This document shows positions 46,410-57,026 of a DNA stretch of 64,000 nucleotides, piece by piece (position 1 is the first letter of the stretch; every line of letters starts with the position of its first letter). Location: IMG/VR virus record IMGVR_UViG_3300009163_000025, positions 1-64,000 of that record; one strand, given 5' to 3'. The translations under genes were made by a program, and so were the position numbers. The notes under the pieces were generated by a model. That model saw nothing but the letters and a program-made list of their open reading frames with translations, did not search any database and had not been told where the DNA came from. Origin of the DNA: a virus.

Positions 46410-47150
46410 ATGGTAACAAAAAAAGTTATAGCGAAACCAACTACAAAAAAAGCAACACCTGTTAAAAAGGCAACAGTAAAAAGAACAGTTAAAAAAGTAT
46501 CACCTGCACCAACATCAGTAATTAGTGTTGATGTGAGTGGTGCTACAAAATCTGCATCTTCTATGGTAGATAAGGCTATTGATTTAATTAAGTGGGTTGA
46601 CACGCCGTTCAAATTGTTTGAAGTTATTCTTCTCGCTAGTATATTCTTTTTTGGATACTTTGCATGGGATAGTAGAGTTGTAATTCTAAATGCAATTACA
46701 CAATCAAGTCATGTGACAAATCTTAAAGAAGTGAACCATCTTGTTCCAGTTGCAGGGAGTTTACAAAAAGATTTAGAAGCAACAACTGTAATTGTACACA
46801 AAGCATCTCTTAATGTGAATACAAGAAAAACAATGTTAGCGTTTGGTCCAAAAGGAAGAGATAATTCATTAGATGGATTAAATTCTAGTTTGTTTAGTAA
46901 AGATCAATCTAGAAATGCTGGCATCATTGGTATGTTAAATGGTGAAGTTGTTTGCGATAAAATAAGTGTGCTTGATAAATCTTCTGAATGGGAATCTAAA
47001 CAAGGCGTGACATTTGTTTGCCGTGGTGGTATTCCTCCTGAGATTGGAGACTTTGATGGGTATGTTGCTGTGGGATGGAAAAAGGAACCTAGTGATCTAA
47101 CAATAGTGAAAACTAGAATTAACCTAGCATCGTCTGAAATGTCGCAATGA
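46410..47150 (+). CDS. Single-TM protein with large C-terminal domain
   Basis: Lys-rich N-terminus, TM at about aa 65-85. Confidence 0.6.
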   Translation: MVTKKVIAKPTTKKATPVKKATVKRTVKKVSPAPTSVISVDVSGATKSASSMVDKAIDLIKWVDTPFKLFEVILLASIFFFGYFAWDSRVVILNAITQSSHVTNLKEVNHLVPVAGSLQKDLEATTVIVHKASLNVNTRKTMLAFGPKGRDNSLDGLNSSLFSKDQSRNAGIIGMLNGEVVCDKISVLDKSSEWESKQGVTFVCRGGIPPEIGDFDGYVAVGWKKEPSDLTIVKTRINLASSEMSQ

Positions 47151-47425
47151 AATGGATTATTCTATTCGTAGGAATGTCTGCGTTGATTGTTGGGTCAACA
47201 GCGCAGGTACCATGTGATCTCGGTGAGTTTAAAACTATTGCGTTAACTACGCATCATCCCTATGAACGTAAGGCAAAAATAATAGAGTGGTTGAAATCAA
47301 AAGGACCACAATGCGACAAAGAACAAGTCTCAAAGATATATAATAATTTAGCACACCTATTGGGAACTTCGGATGATGCAGAAGTTCGTGCTGTGACATA
47401 TGAAATGTACCGGAATGCAAAATAA
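47147..47425 (+). CDS. Small secreted protein with two Cys
   Basis: Signal-like N-terminus; overlaps upstream stop (ATGA). Confidence 0.6.
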   Translation: MKWIILFVGMSALIVGSTAQVPCDLGEFKTIALTTHHPYERKAKIIEWLKSKGPQCDKEQVSKIYNNLAHLLGTSDDAEVRAVTYEMYRNAK

Positions 47426-47664
47426 ATGGACGCCGTTCGATGGTTTCCAATCGTTGCGCCAAGTTATGCAAATGTAGATGGCATACTAGCCGATGTTCAT
47501 GCAAGAAAAAATGAAGAACGTTGGGACGAATATAATAAACAGTTAATTGAAAAAATACATCTTAGAGATTATTTGTATGATTTGTATTCGAAAAGATCAC
47601 ATGAGAATCACATACGCATGGAAATATACAATGTCAGCACTATAGATTTTTACGTTTAATTAAA

Positions 47665-48438
47665 ATGGATCCAATCACACTATTTGCCATGGCTAATGCC
47701 GCTGTGTCAGCGGTTAAAAAAGGATGCCAACTATACAAAGATATTAAAGGTGCGGCTGGTGATGTTAAAGCAGTACTCAAAGATTTAGATGAACAGTTTC
47801 ATAATAACCACAAAGACAAGCCAGCAACAGTTACGCAACGTAATGCTTACATAGTAGAAAATAATCGTGTTATAGAAGTAAACAAACGAGATGGTGAAAC
47901 TGTTGGTATCTATACAGAAATTGGAAATCATCTTGGCACATACTATGATAACTTAAATAAATGCATGGCTATCTTTGCAGAAGAAGAACGTAGAAGTAAA
48001 GAGGAGTTATATGAAGGTGATGATAGTTTAGGTAAACGTGCGCTACAGCGTGTTCTGATGAAAAAACAATTGGAACAAATGGGGACCGAATTACGTGAAT
48101 TGATGGTGTATCAAAGCCCACCTGAGTTAGGTGCTTTGTATACTGAAGTAGAAGAGATGATGAAAGTTATGGGTAAAGAACAAAAAATACTTATGACAAT
48201 TAAGATGAGAGCAGAAGAAGTGCAATCAAAAAGAAGAGCCGCACAGATAAAACAGTTAAGGCAAGATGCTATAATAGGTCTGGTTATTTTAATAGTAATA
48301 TTTACTATGGGCGCAATGTTTATGTGGGTTGCATACGATAGACAACAAAAATATCCTCAATACGGTGATGAGTTATTTCCTAAGAGTGAACGTCAACGAC
48401 AGCGAGAAAGAGAACCACAGGTATATATAGGTAGATAA
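47665..48438 (+). CDS. Coiled-coil membrane-anchored hypothetical protein
   Basis: MDPITLFAMANAA start; C-terminal TM. Confidence 0.65.
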   Translation: MDPITLFAMANAAVSAVKKGCQLYKDIKGAAGDVKAVLKDLDEQFHNNHKDKPATVTQRNAYIVENNRVIEVNKRDGETVGIYTEIGNHLGTYYDNLNKCMAIFAEEERRSKEELYEGDDSLGKRALQRVLMKKQLEQMGTELRELMVYQSPPELGALYTEVEEMMKVMGKEQKILMTIKMRAEEVQSKRRAAQIKQLRQDAIIGLVILIVIFTMGAMFMWVAYDRQQKYPQYGDELFPKSERQRQREREPQVYIGR

Positions 48439-48460
48439 TAATAAAAGGGGAGATATAATT

Positions 48461-49192
48461 ATGGCAGGCGAAGCGGCAGAAAGACAAGAATCTGGAGTAG
48501 TTAAGGCTATTAAAGATGCTGTTAAAAAAAATAAAAATAATCCAATAACTATAGTTGCGGGCAAAACAACAATCGCTGGAGTTATTAATGCGGAAAAATT
48601 TACTGGTCGACAAGAAAGTGGATCCGAACCATATACGGATGTACAACTTTTCATTTACAATAAAAAAGAACCAATTAATCTTTCGCTAAAAGGGGAATCA
48701 GCACCATCACTTGCTGGTGGTGGTTTACGTGGACTTGAATTGGCCGTTCCAGGAATAGCAAAAAAATTTATGAAAGCCGCATTTGAACATTTAACAAAAA
48801 AAGTTAAGTTGAAACCCGGAGATAAAGTTCCTGATGTATTTGGTAAAATTGGAGGACCCGCAAAATTGAAAATTGTTGTTGGTAATAAAGCCATGGGGGG
48901 ACCAATTGATTATATGTACATTGGACCCATGAATGTTGTTGCGCCATATGATATGAAAAAAAACATAGTAAAATTTAATGGTGCATTAACTGGTGCAGTT
49001 GAGTATGCAAAAACTCATGATTTGTATTTTAGATTTAGGGCTAGAAGAGAAGATCAAAGATTTGATCCAACCGCAAAAGATGCAGACGGAACTCCAAAGA
49101 TATATGGAAAATCTCCCTCTAGGGGAGATTCAGCAGGAAGAATAGTTGTCACCGATAAAGTTTCAGGCAAAGGTGAATTAGTCAATATATAA
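48461..49192 (+). CDS. Hypothetical protein, possible PD-(D/E)XK nuclease fold
   Basis: E..E, EPYTDV...NLSLK pattern. Confidence 0.4.
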   Translation: MAGEAAERQESGVVKAIKDAVKKNKNNPITIVAGKTTIAGVINAEKFTGRQESGSEPYTDVQLFIYNKKEPINLSLKGESAPSLAGGGLRGLELAVPGIAKKFMKAAFEHLTKKVKLKPGDKVPDVFGKIGGPAKLKIVVGNKAMGGPIDYMYIGPMNVVAPYDMKKNIVKFNGALTGAVEYAKTHDLYFRFRARREDQRFDPTAKDADGTPKIYGKSPSRGDSAGRIVVTDKVSGKGELVNI

Positions 49193-49414
49193 CTAATATA
49201 TTACTTTACAGGCTTCTTTTTTGAGTAATTTCTAGCCGCAGGTTTTTTGACAGGACTTGCTGGAACTGGTTTAGGTTCTTCAATCTTTGCAACAACTGGC
49301 TCTGGAGCCTTCGGCACTTCAACAACTGGCTCTGGATGTGGCCAATTTGTTGATTGTTCAACAGGTTTAGTTCCTAGAACCCAATCTTTAATTTTCTTAA
49401 ACATAAACTTTCCT

Positions 49415-50035
49415 TCAAGTTAAAATTTCAATCGCATGATTGTAATGATTGATACGATCTTCAAGTCCAATGTAACCGCCATTAATGCGTTTAGTCATCA
49501 ACTTCAAGTCTCCGATATCTGCTAAATCATTTAACTTAGCGGCAGTCCAAAACCAACCTGCTGAGTGAATTGCATATTCTGGATCAAGCAACATGTCTGG
49601 ATTCTGTACTAAAGAATCATCTTCAAACATATTCTGCGACACTTTTATATAGTTATTTTTTCCTGTGATTTGAACAATTCCTCGACCACGATAAGTCCAT
49701 CCATCATTACTACGTTCATCACCATTGCCCATACGATTTGCATAAACTCTATTTGCAATCTTTTGAGGTTGTCTTTCGTATTGCTTTGCAATCTCATCTG
49801 TTGGGAAGTATTTACCAAACGTTCCTCTGAGTCCCTTTGCACTATAGTTTAGGTTCTCTTGCATGAGAGTAAATCCACCCGATTCATGTCCACATTGTGC
49901 CATGAATGCCGCAACTCTTTGGGGCGTGTCGATATCGTAATCAGGTAAAATTGTGCTTAACAATTCATACCATTGATCAAAATTCTTTACTTTCGGCATC
50001 AATTGTTTTGCCGCTTCTGGTGTAAAAAAGTCCAT
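49415..50035 (-). CDS. Endolysin, glycoside hydrolase family 19
   Basis: AAFMAQCGHESGG, ENLNYS, YRGRG.VQITGKNNY, TKRINGG..GL.DR. Confidence 0.92.
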   Translation of the reverse strand: MDFFTPEAAKQLMPKVKNFDQWYELLSTILPDYDIDTPQRVAAFMAQCGHESGGFTLMQENLNYSAKGLRGTFGKYFPTDEIAKQYERQPQKIANRVYANRMGNGDERSNDGWTYRGRGIVQITGKNNYIKVSQNMFEDDSLVQNPDMLLDPEYAIHSAGWFWTAAKLNDLADIGDLKLMTKRINGGYIGLEDRINHYNHAIEILT

Positions 50036-50041
50036 TGCTGT

Positions 50042-50072
50042 CTCCTATTTTATAATCATAGGAGTATTTATA
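50042..50072 (-). promoter_or_regulatory. T4 late promoter plus SD-sequestering hairpin of endolysin
   Basis: TATAAATA (50072-50065), then CTCCTAT...ATAGGAG stem containing the SD. Confidence 0.75.
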
Positions 50073-50073
50073 T

Positions 50074-50745
50074 TCAATCCCAAAGTGCTTGATAGTATTT
50101 TCCGAACAAACGAAATCCGTTCTTGATTCGTTCCTCAACAATTGCCATGCCGTCATAGTCACATTTGTATGTGTGTTTGGGACCTTCTTCCAATCTAAAC
50201 ATTTTTGGCTTACCATTTTCATCCCACTCACAAGCAACCGACTTATGATCAAATTCACCTGACCGATATCCTTCTTCCCACTCTTTATTGATGTGGTGAT
50301 CGAATGCAAAAATCATTTCATCCATGACCCAATCCCAACGCTTGAAATGGTTGTCATCGGTGTCCCATTCATTTTCTTTTGCTGGCGCTGAAGTAGACTT
50401 CAATTCTTCTGGCACATCTTCATCATCAACAAAAGGCGCACCATGCTTTTTATCTTTCAACTGTTTCAACATAGGCAAAGCAATTTGACCAAGAGTATGA
50501 TCCATAGACCAAGTATCCCAATAGTCAATCTTCACATAGTCAATCTTAGGGTGAATTACATCCAAGACTTTTGCAATCACTTTGCAGATAGGGTCTAAAA
50601 AATTAACCCACTTCTCGTATGGTGCGTTAGGCTTGTCTTCGAGATTATAGAACACATCATTAGTTTTTTCCCAAAAGCAAACAAACTCTAAGATGTGATA
50701 TGGACTTAGCCAGTGATTACGATATCCGCTGATGTAGACTTTCAT
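50074..50745 (-). CDS. Conserved phage hypothetical protein
   Basis: WDTWSMDHTL..I..PML.QL, RWDWV.DEMIFAF, GF.LFGKYY..LWD. Confidence 0.75.
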   Translation of the reverse strand: MKVYISGYRNHWLSPYHILEFVCFWEKTNDVFYNLEDKPNAPYEKWVNFLDPICKVIAKVLDVIHPKIDYVKIDYWDTWSMDHTLGQIALPMLKQLKDKKHGAPFVDDEDVPEELKSTSAPAKENEWDTDDNHFKRWDWVMDEMIFAFDHHINKEWEEGYRSGEFDHKSVACEWDENGKPKMFRLEEGPKHTYKCDYDGMAIVEERIKNGFRLFGKYYQALWD

Positions 50746-52217
50746 ATTGGTTGGTATTCGTTGATTTGTTTAAGGAATTCTTTATGATCTAATGCTTGAG
50801 TTGCAGTCAAAGCATCAATTATTTCTCTATACTCTTGTGGTGATGGACGAACATTCTCAAAGCCCTTAATATTGATAGGCTTTTCAAATATTTCAAGTCC
50901 ATAACCAACTTGAAGATAACTATACAAAGCAAAGTATACATTGATACGCATGTTTGGAATGTTATAGGGACGTAGATTTCCATCTTTAAGAAATGGAATC
51001 AAATTTCTAATATATTCTGGTGGAGGATTTTTCTCCACAAACTCAGTCCAAAATGGGCTATCTTTTCGTTTTGTGAGATAGTGAAAGTATACAAACCCCA
51101 TAGTGTCATCCATGTTGTTTCTTGCAATATCGTTAAACACTTTGATACTATTCTCATCGGGATTGTCAATCTCATTAATGAATTGACGGAAAGTATCTAA
51201 CTCACCGACAGACAAAAAGATAGACGTTGATTCTAATGGTTCAATAAAACTAGAAGACAATCCAACTGCAAGACAGTTTTTGATCCAATAGTTTTCAAAG
51301 CGACCTGGATTCAGATCAATAACTTTACGCACCTTGATTTCTTGCCCTAAGTATTCTTCAACTTCAGCCTTTGCTTGTTCTACTGTGATATAATCGGAAT
51401 CGAAAACATAACCTGCACCTGTACGATGTTGCAGAGGAATTTGCCACATCCATCCATACTTCATTGCAATTGCAGAAGTGTATGGTTTGAGTTCAGTCTC
51501 TTGAATCCAAAATGGAATCGCTTTCTTCATTGGCAGATATTTTGAATACGATACCCATTCGTCTTTATACACTCCACCAATCAACAGTCTAGCCATGCCA
51601 GAACAATCAAAAACAAAGTCTACGGGAACACTACGCCCATCTTCAAGATTCAATGCTTTAATATACTCACGTTCATCTTGTGTTGCGTGAGTATACACAC
51701 CTTCAACAATTTCAATACCACGTTCAACACCTTTTTCGGATAAATATTTTGAAAATTCATTCGTATCGAAATGAATTGCCCATTCCGTTCTATGCAAATC
51801 AATTTTATTATCGTATGCTAGATGAATTTGATAATTGTAATCTTCTAAACTCAAACCTTCAGCAATACATTTCTTCAAAAAGAAATCTTGCCCGTCTACA
51901 CCAAATGTAGGTTGAACTGAGAAGTCTGTGACTTTATCACAAAATCCATGCATGTAACGTTTCTCATCGCCATTCCAATTTTCAAAATTAATTCCACTCT
52001 TAATCGTGCCTTTAGTGCTTCGAATCAAATCGATGATATCAATATTAATTTGCGAAAGAAACGCAACGATGTTTGGTGTTGTCGCTTCACCAACACCAAT
52101 GATACCAATTTCTTTGCTTTGAACGACAGTAATTTTATCATTTGGAAAAACTGTATGTGCATACAATGCAGTCAACCAACCAGCGGTACCGCCACCCAAT
52201 ACTACGATATTTCTCAT
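50742..52217 (-). CDS. Tryptophan 7-halogenase-family protein
   Basis: GGGTAGW, IGVGEATTP, GTIKSGINF, FDCSG, GWMWQIP, FIEPLESTSI. Confidence 0.9.
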   Translation of the reverse strand: MRNIVVLGGGTAGWLTALYAHTVFPNDKITVVQSKEIGIIGVGEATTPNIVAFLSQINIDIIDLIRSTKGTIKSGINFENWNGDEKRYMHGFCDKVTDFSVQPTFGVDGQDFFLKKCIAEGLSLEDYNYQIHLAYDNKIDLHRTEWAIHFDTNEFSKYLSEKGVERGIEIVEGVYTHATQDEREYIKALNLEDGRSVPVDFVFDCSGMARLLIGGVYKDEWVSYSKYLPMKKAIPFWIQETELKPYTSAIAMKYGWMWQIPLQHRTGAGYVFDSDYITVEQAKAEVEEYLGQEIKVRKVIDLNPGRFENYWIKNCLAVGLSSSFIEPLESTSIFLSVGELDTFRQFINEIDNPDENSIKVFNDIARNNMDDTMGFVYFHYLTKRKDSPFWTEFVEKNPPPEYIRNLIPFLKDGNLRPYNIPNMRINVYFALYSYLQVGYGLEIFEKPINIKGFENVRPSPQEYREIIDALTATQALDHKEFLKQINEYQPI

Positions 52218-52575
52218 GCTAACTCCATTTTTTTATTTCGTTTTTCTATTTCTATAATATTTAATAGTCTTTTCGCTTCTTTATGAACTTCGCTAGTAAC
52301 TGCCCACCCGAATCCTTCTGGATGCAATAAGTTTTCTAAAAAATGCACAACCTCATCATACGTCTTTTGATTCATCATATATCCTTGTAAATGGACTGTT
52401 AACAACAAAATCTTCAGGCAATGCTTCTACAATCTTTGTGAAATGATATGGATCCGGATAGTGCCTTAGAATACTTCTCGCACGTTCACGCACGTATTTA
52501 GGCACTTTTGGTGTTACTTTGGGATTCAATAAATCTAAAAGTAATTGTTGTCCGCATCTCAACGAACGATATCTT

Positions 52576-53064
52576 TCATCGGGTAGAGTCATAATTATCT
52601 TTCCGAATGTGTTCGTCCATTGTGGTAAAAAATGTTTTCTTTTTCAACTCATCATTCCATACTTTTGCGTAATCATTGTCTTTGTCGCACAATGCAAGTG
52701 CTTCTTCTTCAGTCACAATACGATGTGACATAATAGTTTCACCCAAATGTTCTTGTGAAAATTCTTTTGCTTCACTTAGAGTAACAGTATCAAGTGCCCA
52801 CTCCGATTTATCTTTACCATAGCGATCTGTGCCAATAGGAACTTCTACCATGTAGCGTTCACGGAACATAGAAACGGCTTCAACAAGAACCCATTGTGTT
52901 TCTTTCTTTCTCATAGTCCAACTCCCATCACCATTGTCAATCCAATCTAAAGTGTCGCCAGTTTGCCAACCAGTTCCTGCAAGTATTTCATCATTCAATG
53001 GAAGAATCAAGTCACCAGTTTCGGCGTCTTTTTCCAACGTTATAATCCAAGATTTGTTTTCCAT
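52576..53064 (-). CDS. AbrB-like N-terminal domain protein
   Basis: GDLILPL...IL..TGW..GDTL.W.DNGDGSW. Confidence 0.55.
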   Translation of the reverse strand: MENKSWIITLEKDAETGDLILPLNDEILAGTGWQTGDTLDWIDNGDGSWTMRKKETQWVLVEAVSMFRERYMVEVPIGTDRYGKDKSEWALDTVTLSEAKEFSQEHLGETIMSHRIVTEEEALALCDKDNDYAKVWNDELKKKTFFTTMDEHIRKDNYDSTR

Positions 53065-53409
53065 AGGTACTCCTTAAGCGAATACATTCATTATAACTTA
53101 ACAACTGTGGAATGTCAAGCCATGAGCATTCGTGCTAAACCAATGCTATCGATTGTCGTTAGCAATATGTAGTTAGCAAGCATCCCAAATGATTTCCGAG
53201 TATAACTAGCCCAAGCATAGATACCACAGCCGATGATCCAAATAGGGTACAAAGTAAGTAGGGGCGGATTTGGGACTGTGACAGCCATGGTAATTGAACA
53301 GCCAATAGAAATAGCCCAAGCAAGACACTCAGCAACAAAACGAATACGATTACTATACCAGTCATCTTTAATCCAATCTACAGTAGGTCTAAACAAATCA
53401 ATAATCATA

Positions 53410-54225
53410 TCAATCTAAATGAAAAAGTTGTGGATGATGTTTCATAAAATGTTCACGCAATACTGCCCAATACTGATACATTTGCGGTGAATCCATTTTG
53501 AGTGAAAGTTCTTTAATCTCATTCAATACAACAAGCGGTTTTTCAAACTCACCAGTATTGTAAACACTAAAATCAACTGGTTGACTATAAACTTTGTATT
53601 CGGGATGTAAATGTAGAAACGTAGAGAACAATCTTTCAACAATGAAAGGAAACATGCTGAGATTTTTATCTCTGCTGTAGTTTGCGCTACCATGATAAAT
53701 CTCTGCATTCTCTCCAGTCAATGCTTCAAGTCTATCATAAATGTCTCTAACAAAATCTAAGTAATCTCGCCAAAAAACTTTTGTTGCAACAAAGTAACTT
53801 GAGTAACACACGTTCTTTGTCATAATAACATCTAGAATTTTTTCATTGTAACCTGCGGCTTTCAATGCGGCCGCAGTTACTTGTTTAATTCCTTTGTGAA
53901 ATATTTCACCATGTTCCCAAACGTTATATGTAAATGCGCTAACAACCCTTGCATGATTGAATACGTACACATCATGTCCTGGATTATCATCAATTGAATT
54001 CATAATCACTTCAGATGAGTATCTAAGTTTTTGTTGCCAACGTGGACCGAAAACGCCCCATGCATCTAGACCATCTGCAACGTTTTCTTTTTCAATTCTA
54101 TCAAAAGAATGAAACTCACGCAACTCAGGTCTTTCATTTGATGTATTATCAAATGGCTTAAGTAAAGGATCAACTTTAGAGATTTGATCCTTGTCGAAAC
54201 AAATTTGAAAAATTTCGTATTTCAA
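53410..54225 (-). CDS. Glycosyltransferase-associated hypothetical protein
   Basis: YQI/DN..ERPELRE, F.VERLFS motifs seen in polysaccharide loci. Confidence 0.45.
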   Translation of the reverse strand: MKYEIFQICFDKDQISKVDPLLKPFDNTSNERPELREFHSFDRIEKENVADGLDAWGVFGPRWQQKLRYSSEVIMNSIDDNPGHDVYVFNHARVVSAFTYNVWEHGEIFHKGIKQVTAAALKAAGYNEKILDVIMTKNVCYSSYFVATKVFWRDYLDFVRDIYDRLEALTGENAEIYHGSANYSRDKNLSMFPFIVERLFSTFLHLHPEYKVYSQPVDFSVYNTGEFEKPLVVLNEIKELSLKMDSPQMYQYWAVLREHFMKHHPQLFHLD

Positions 54226-54992
54226 TCTGACACCTGTGTACCGTTAGGCGCAATACCACCTTCAATTCCGATCTTATCAGGAACACGAATTTGTGTGGGA
54301 TTTAAATAGTTAAAAAGCAAATGTTCAATGTCAATGTATCCGCCATTGTTAATTCGTGTTACCATGTGTGCATACATTGCTTGATAGCATTCTGTAATGT
54401 AGTTTATAAGACTAGTATCAAAACTCCATAAACGGCTCATATACTGTCTTGTAATTCCTCCAGTTGTTTCTGGTGGGAATTGACTTGTATACGGACCACG
54501 TATCACAATGCCATGTTTGGTTTTATTGTGAAAATCAAAATCGAAATTATCATTCAGAATATATCTACCGCTTACTTTAAAAACTCTTGAATATTCTTTT
54601 TTAATTTGTTCTGCATTTTGTGTAAAGAACGTTCCATACATCAAAATTTCAATTGCATTTTTTACGATATCTTGACTCGGTACTGCTTGAATGCCTTTAA
54701 CCTCTGTCTCATCTGTATACGAAATGAAACGGCTCATGCTACCCCTGAGAATATCTTTTTCACTATCAGATAGGTGTTTATATCCACCATCTAAAATAAT
54801 AATGTCGGAATTAGGAACCTTTGTTTTAATTGAATCGCAAGTTGCAATCGTTTGATTCAATCTTTCTTCCGCACTATAGATTCCGTGTTTAGCGTGTATT
54901 GCTGAAGATATGAGAAATAGTGACTTACTCTTTAGTTGCTCGTTTTGCTGGAGTTCGTTTTGTTGGGGGTTTTGTTGATTTTGATTTTGCAT
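54222..54992 (-). CDS. Hypothetical protein, possible glycosyltransferase
   Basis: ISSAI...ERL.QT..T..SI, FKVSGRY, DIEH motifs. Confidence 0.45.
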   Translation of the reverse strand: MQNQNQQNPQQNELQQNEQLKSKSLFLISSAIHAKHGIYSAEERLNQTIATCDSIKTKVPNSDIIILDGGYKHLSDSEKDILRGSMSRFISYTDETEVKGIQAVPSQDIVKNAIEILMYGTFFTQNAEQIKKEYSRVFKVSGRYILNDNFDFDFHNKTKHGIVIRGPYTSQFPPETTGGITRQYMSRLWSFDTSLINYITECYQAMYAHMVTRINNGGYIDIEHLLFNYLNPTQIRVPDKIGIEGGIAPNGTQVSD

Positions 54993-55575
54993 TTTTCACC
55001 TTATCAATTGCATCATTCTTTTTGCCGAGTCGTTTGACAACATCGTCTGCACTCATCCAAATGTCTTTATTATCTAGTATAGATTTAATTTCATCTTCTG
55101 TCAAAAAGTCTGCATAAACATTACGCATCATTTTATCTGACCATTTACGTTCATATACTAATTCATCATACATCTCACCACCCTTACCGATGGTACCACC
55201 AGAGTAGTTGTGAAACATAAACATAGCATGTTCTGAGATTTCATATGCGCCAGCACTTAAGAAAATCATTGTTGCGGCTGACATACAAGCACCTTCAACC
55301 GATGCAACGATTGTAGCAGGAGTTTCTGCCATCACTCGCATAAACTGTACTGCTGTGAATAGATCACCACCAGGAGAATTGATATGTAGTCTAACAACAT
55401 CACTTTCTGATGTATTACGCATAGTCTCAAATATTTCAATATAATCTTCTGCTTCAGTAATTGCACCAGACAAATAGATTGAGTATACATGTCCAATCGG
55501 TTTAGGTTGTCTAGGTTTTTTACTGTCGTTTAAATTAAATAATTGTGACGTTACCTGTTCTTCTTCCATTTTCAT
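54925..55575 (-). CDS. clpP: ClpP-like protease
   Basis: INSPGGD, ACMSAAT (catalytic Ser), MFH, WMSA. Confidence 0.85.
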   Translation of the reverse strand: MKMEEEQVTSQLFNLNDSKKPRQPKPIGHVYSIYLSGAITEAEDYIEIFETMRNTSESDVVRLHINSPGGDLFTAVQFMRVMAETPATIVASVEGACMSAATMIFLSAGAYEISEHAMFMFHNYSGGTIGKGGEMYDELVYERKWSDKMMRNVYADFLTEDEIKSILDNKDIWMSADDVVKRLGKKNDAIDKVKNAKSKSTKPPTKRTPAKRATKE

Positions 55576-55610
55576 AAATTCTCACTTTCTGCTAGAATAT
55601 CTATTATACT

Positions 55611-56174
55611 CTATTGGGTTTCAGTTGTCAACTTATCTACTCCATACTTACATATCCAGTAAGCATCAATCAAATCGGAAGACGGATTCCATTGCTTCTC
55701 TGTCATATGTAGTTCTTCTTTAAGCCGAATGTTTGTGTTCTCTTCAAAAACTTCTTGCATTCTTGCCTTATCTGCATTACCTTTACCAGTGGCAAACTTC
55801 TTAATCACGGTAGGTGGTATAGTTTCAAATGTGACATGAAAGTTCCATAATCTATATTTAAACACGCCTGTGTTTTCGGCTATATGAAAAACTCTGCCCT
55901 TTGAACCCATTGAATAATCTTCAATGAAAACTTTAACTTCATCGTCTAGTTCTAAGATTCTATCGATAAAAAAACTAGAGATGATATCGTATCTTTGCAT
56001 CTCATTTGTATATTCAAAAAAATAACCTTTTACATTTTTAAATTTAACATCATATTTTTTGCTTTGCGTCATGTAGTGCAAATCACAATTTTCAAATTTA
56101 AAATCATTACTCTCAATATTGTATAAACATATTGCAGGTGAAGTCATTGAATAGTCAACGCCAGCAACATACAT
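55611..56174 (-). CDS. RuvC-like Holliday junction resolvase/nuclease
   Basis: GVDYS, IEDY, KKFATGKGNADK, D..DAY. Confidence 0.75.
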   Translation of the reverse strand: MYVAGVDYSMTSPAICLYNIESNDFKFENCDLHYMTQSKKYDVKFKNVKGYFFEYTNEMQRYDIISSFFIDRILELDDEVKVFIEDYSMGSKGRVFHIAENTGVFKYRLWNFHVTFETIPPTVIKKFATGKGNADKARMQEVFEENTNIRLKEELHMTEKQWNPSSDLIDAYWICKYGVDKLTTETQ

Positions 56175-56383
56175 TATTCTTTCCAATCATCAACATCGTC
56201 TAAGCCTTCTTCGGATAACTTATCCCAATCATTCTCATCTTCATCGTATTCTTTTATCAAATCATCGTTTAATGTTTCACCACAATATGCACAATGTGCT
56301 GGTGGATCAATATTGATTCCATCCAATGACGTTACTGAGTATTCAGCGTCACACGATTCACAAACTACTTCGTATGTTGGCAT
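56174..56383 (-). CDS. Zinc-ribbon protein
   Basis: MPTYE..CESC...CAYCG, acidic tail. Confidence 0.7.
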   Translation of the reverse strand: MPTYEVVCESCDAEYSVTSLDGINIDPPAHCAYCGETLNDDLIKEYDEDENDWDKLSEEGLDDVDDWKE

Positions 56384-56393
56384 TTTTTTCTCC

Positions 56394-57026
56394 TTATTCG
56401 TACATTATTGTATCTGCATCACCAATCGCCCATTTTGGATTTTGCTCTACAATGTATTTTTTTGTGCAGACTTTAAAGTCCGGAAATAGCATCTCTTTCG
56501 GATTGCTTGCGGCATCAAGAAATATGCAACGATTGTTCGGCTGTGCCGCATACTGTCCGTTGTCTAGTTCAAGAAAGTTATATGATTTATGATCTTCTGG
56601 ATTCTCGCTATCACCCATATCTAGATGTTCATCTGATGCACAATTGTCAACAGTAAACATATAATTACCTTGATACCATTGTTTATCTTTAGCATAAAAT
56701 TTGCCACTTAGATTTAATAGAAATGATTTTTGTATTACAGTAAGGTCATACGATAAACAATCCCATATCTGTAAATGATCTAGAGGCAGAAATTTATCTC
56801 TATCTAAATCGTGATTTCTACTCACATACGCTTCTAATGGAAGTTTATCATACAATGCTCCATACTCAGGCAAATACGATTCGATGAAGAATGCCCTACG
56901 GCTCATTGATTTGATTGATATCCAAATACAAGGTACGTATTCACCAAAGCCTTTTTCAAAATTATAAAGAAATTCTTTTCTTATATAACATCTAACTCTT
57001 GGTGTGTTTGCAACTAAAAAACTCAT
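56394..57026 (-). CDS. Conserved hypothetical protein
   Basis: YGALYDKLP, LQIWDC, LDNGQYAAQPNNR. Confidence 0.7.
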   Translation of the reverse strand: MSFLVANTPRVRCYIRKEFLYNFEKGFGEYVPCIWISIKSMSRRAFFIESYLPEYGALYDKLPLEAYVSRNHDLDRDKFLPLDHLQIWDCLSYDLTVIQKSFLLNLSGKFYAKDKQWYQGNYMFTVDNCASDEHLDMGDSENPEDHKSYNFLELDNGQYAAQPNNRCIFLDAASNPKEMLFPDFKVCTKKYIVEQNPKWAIGDADTIMYE

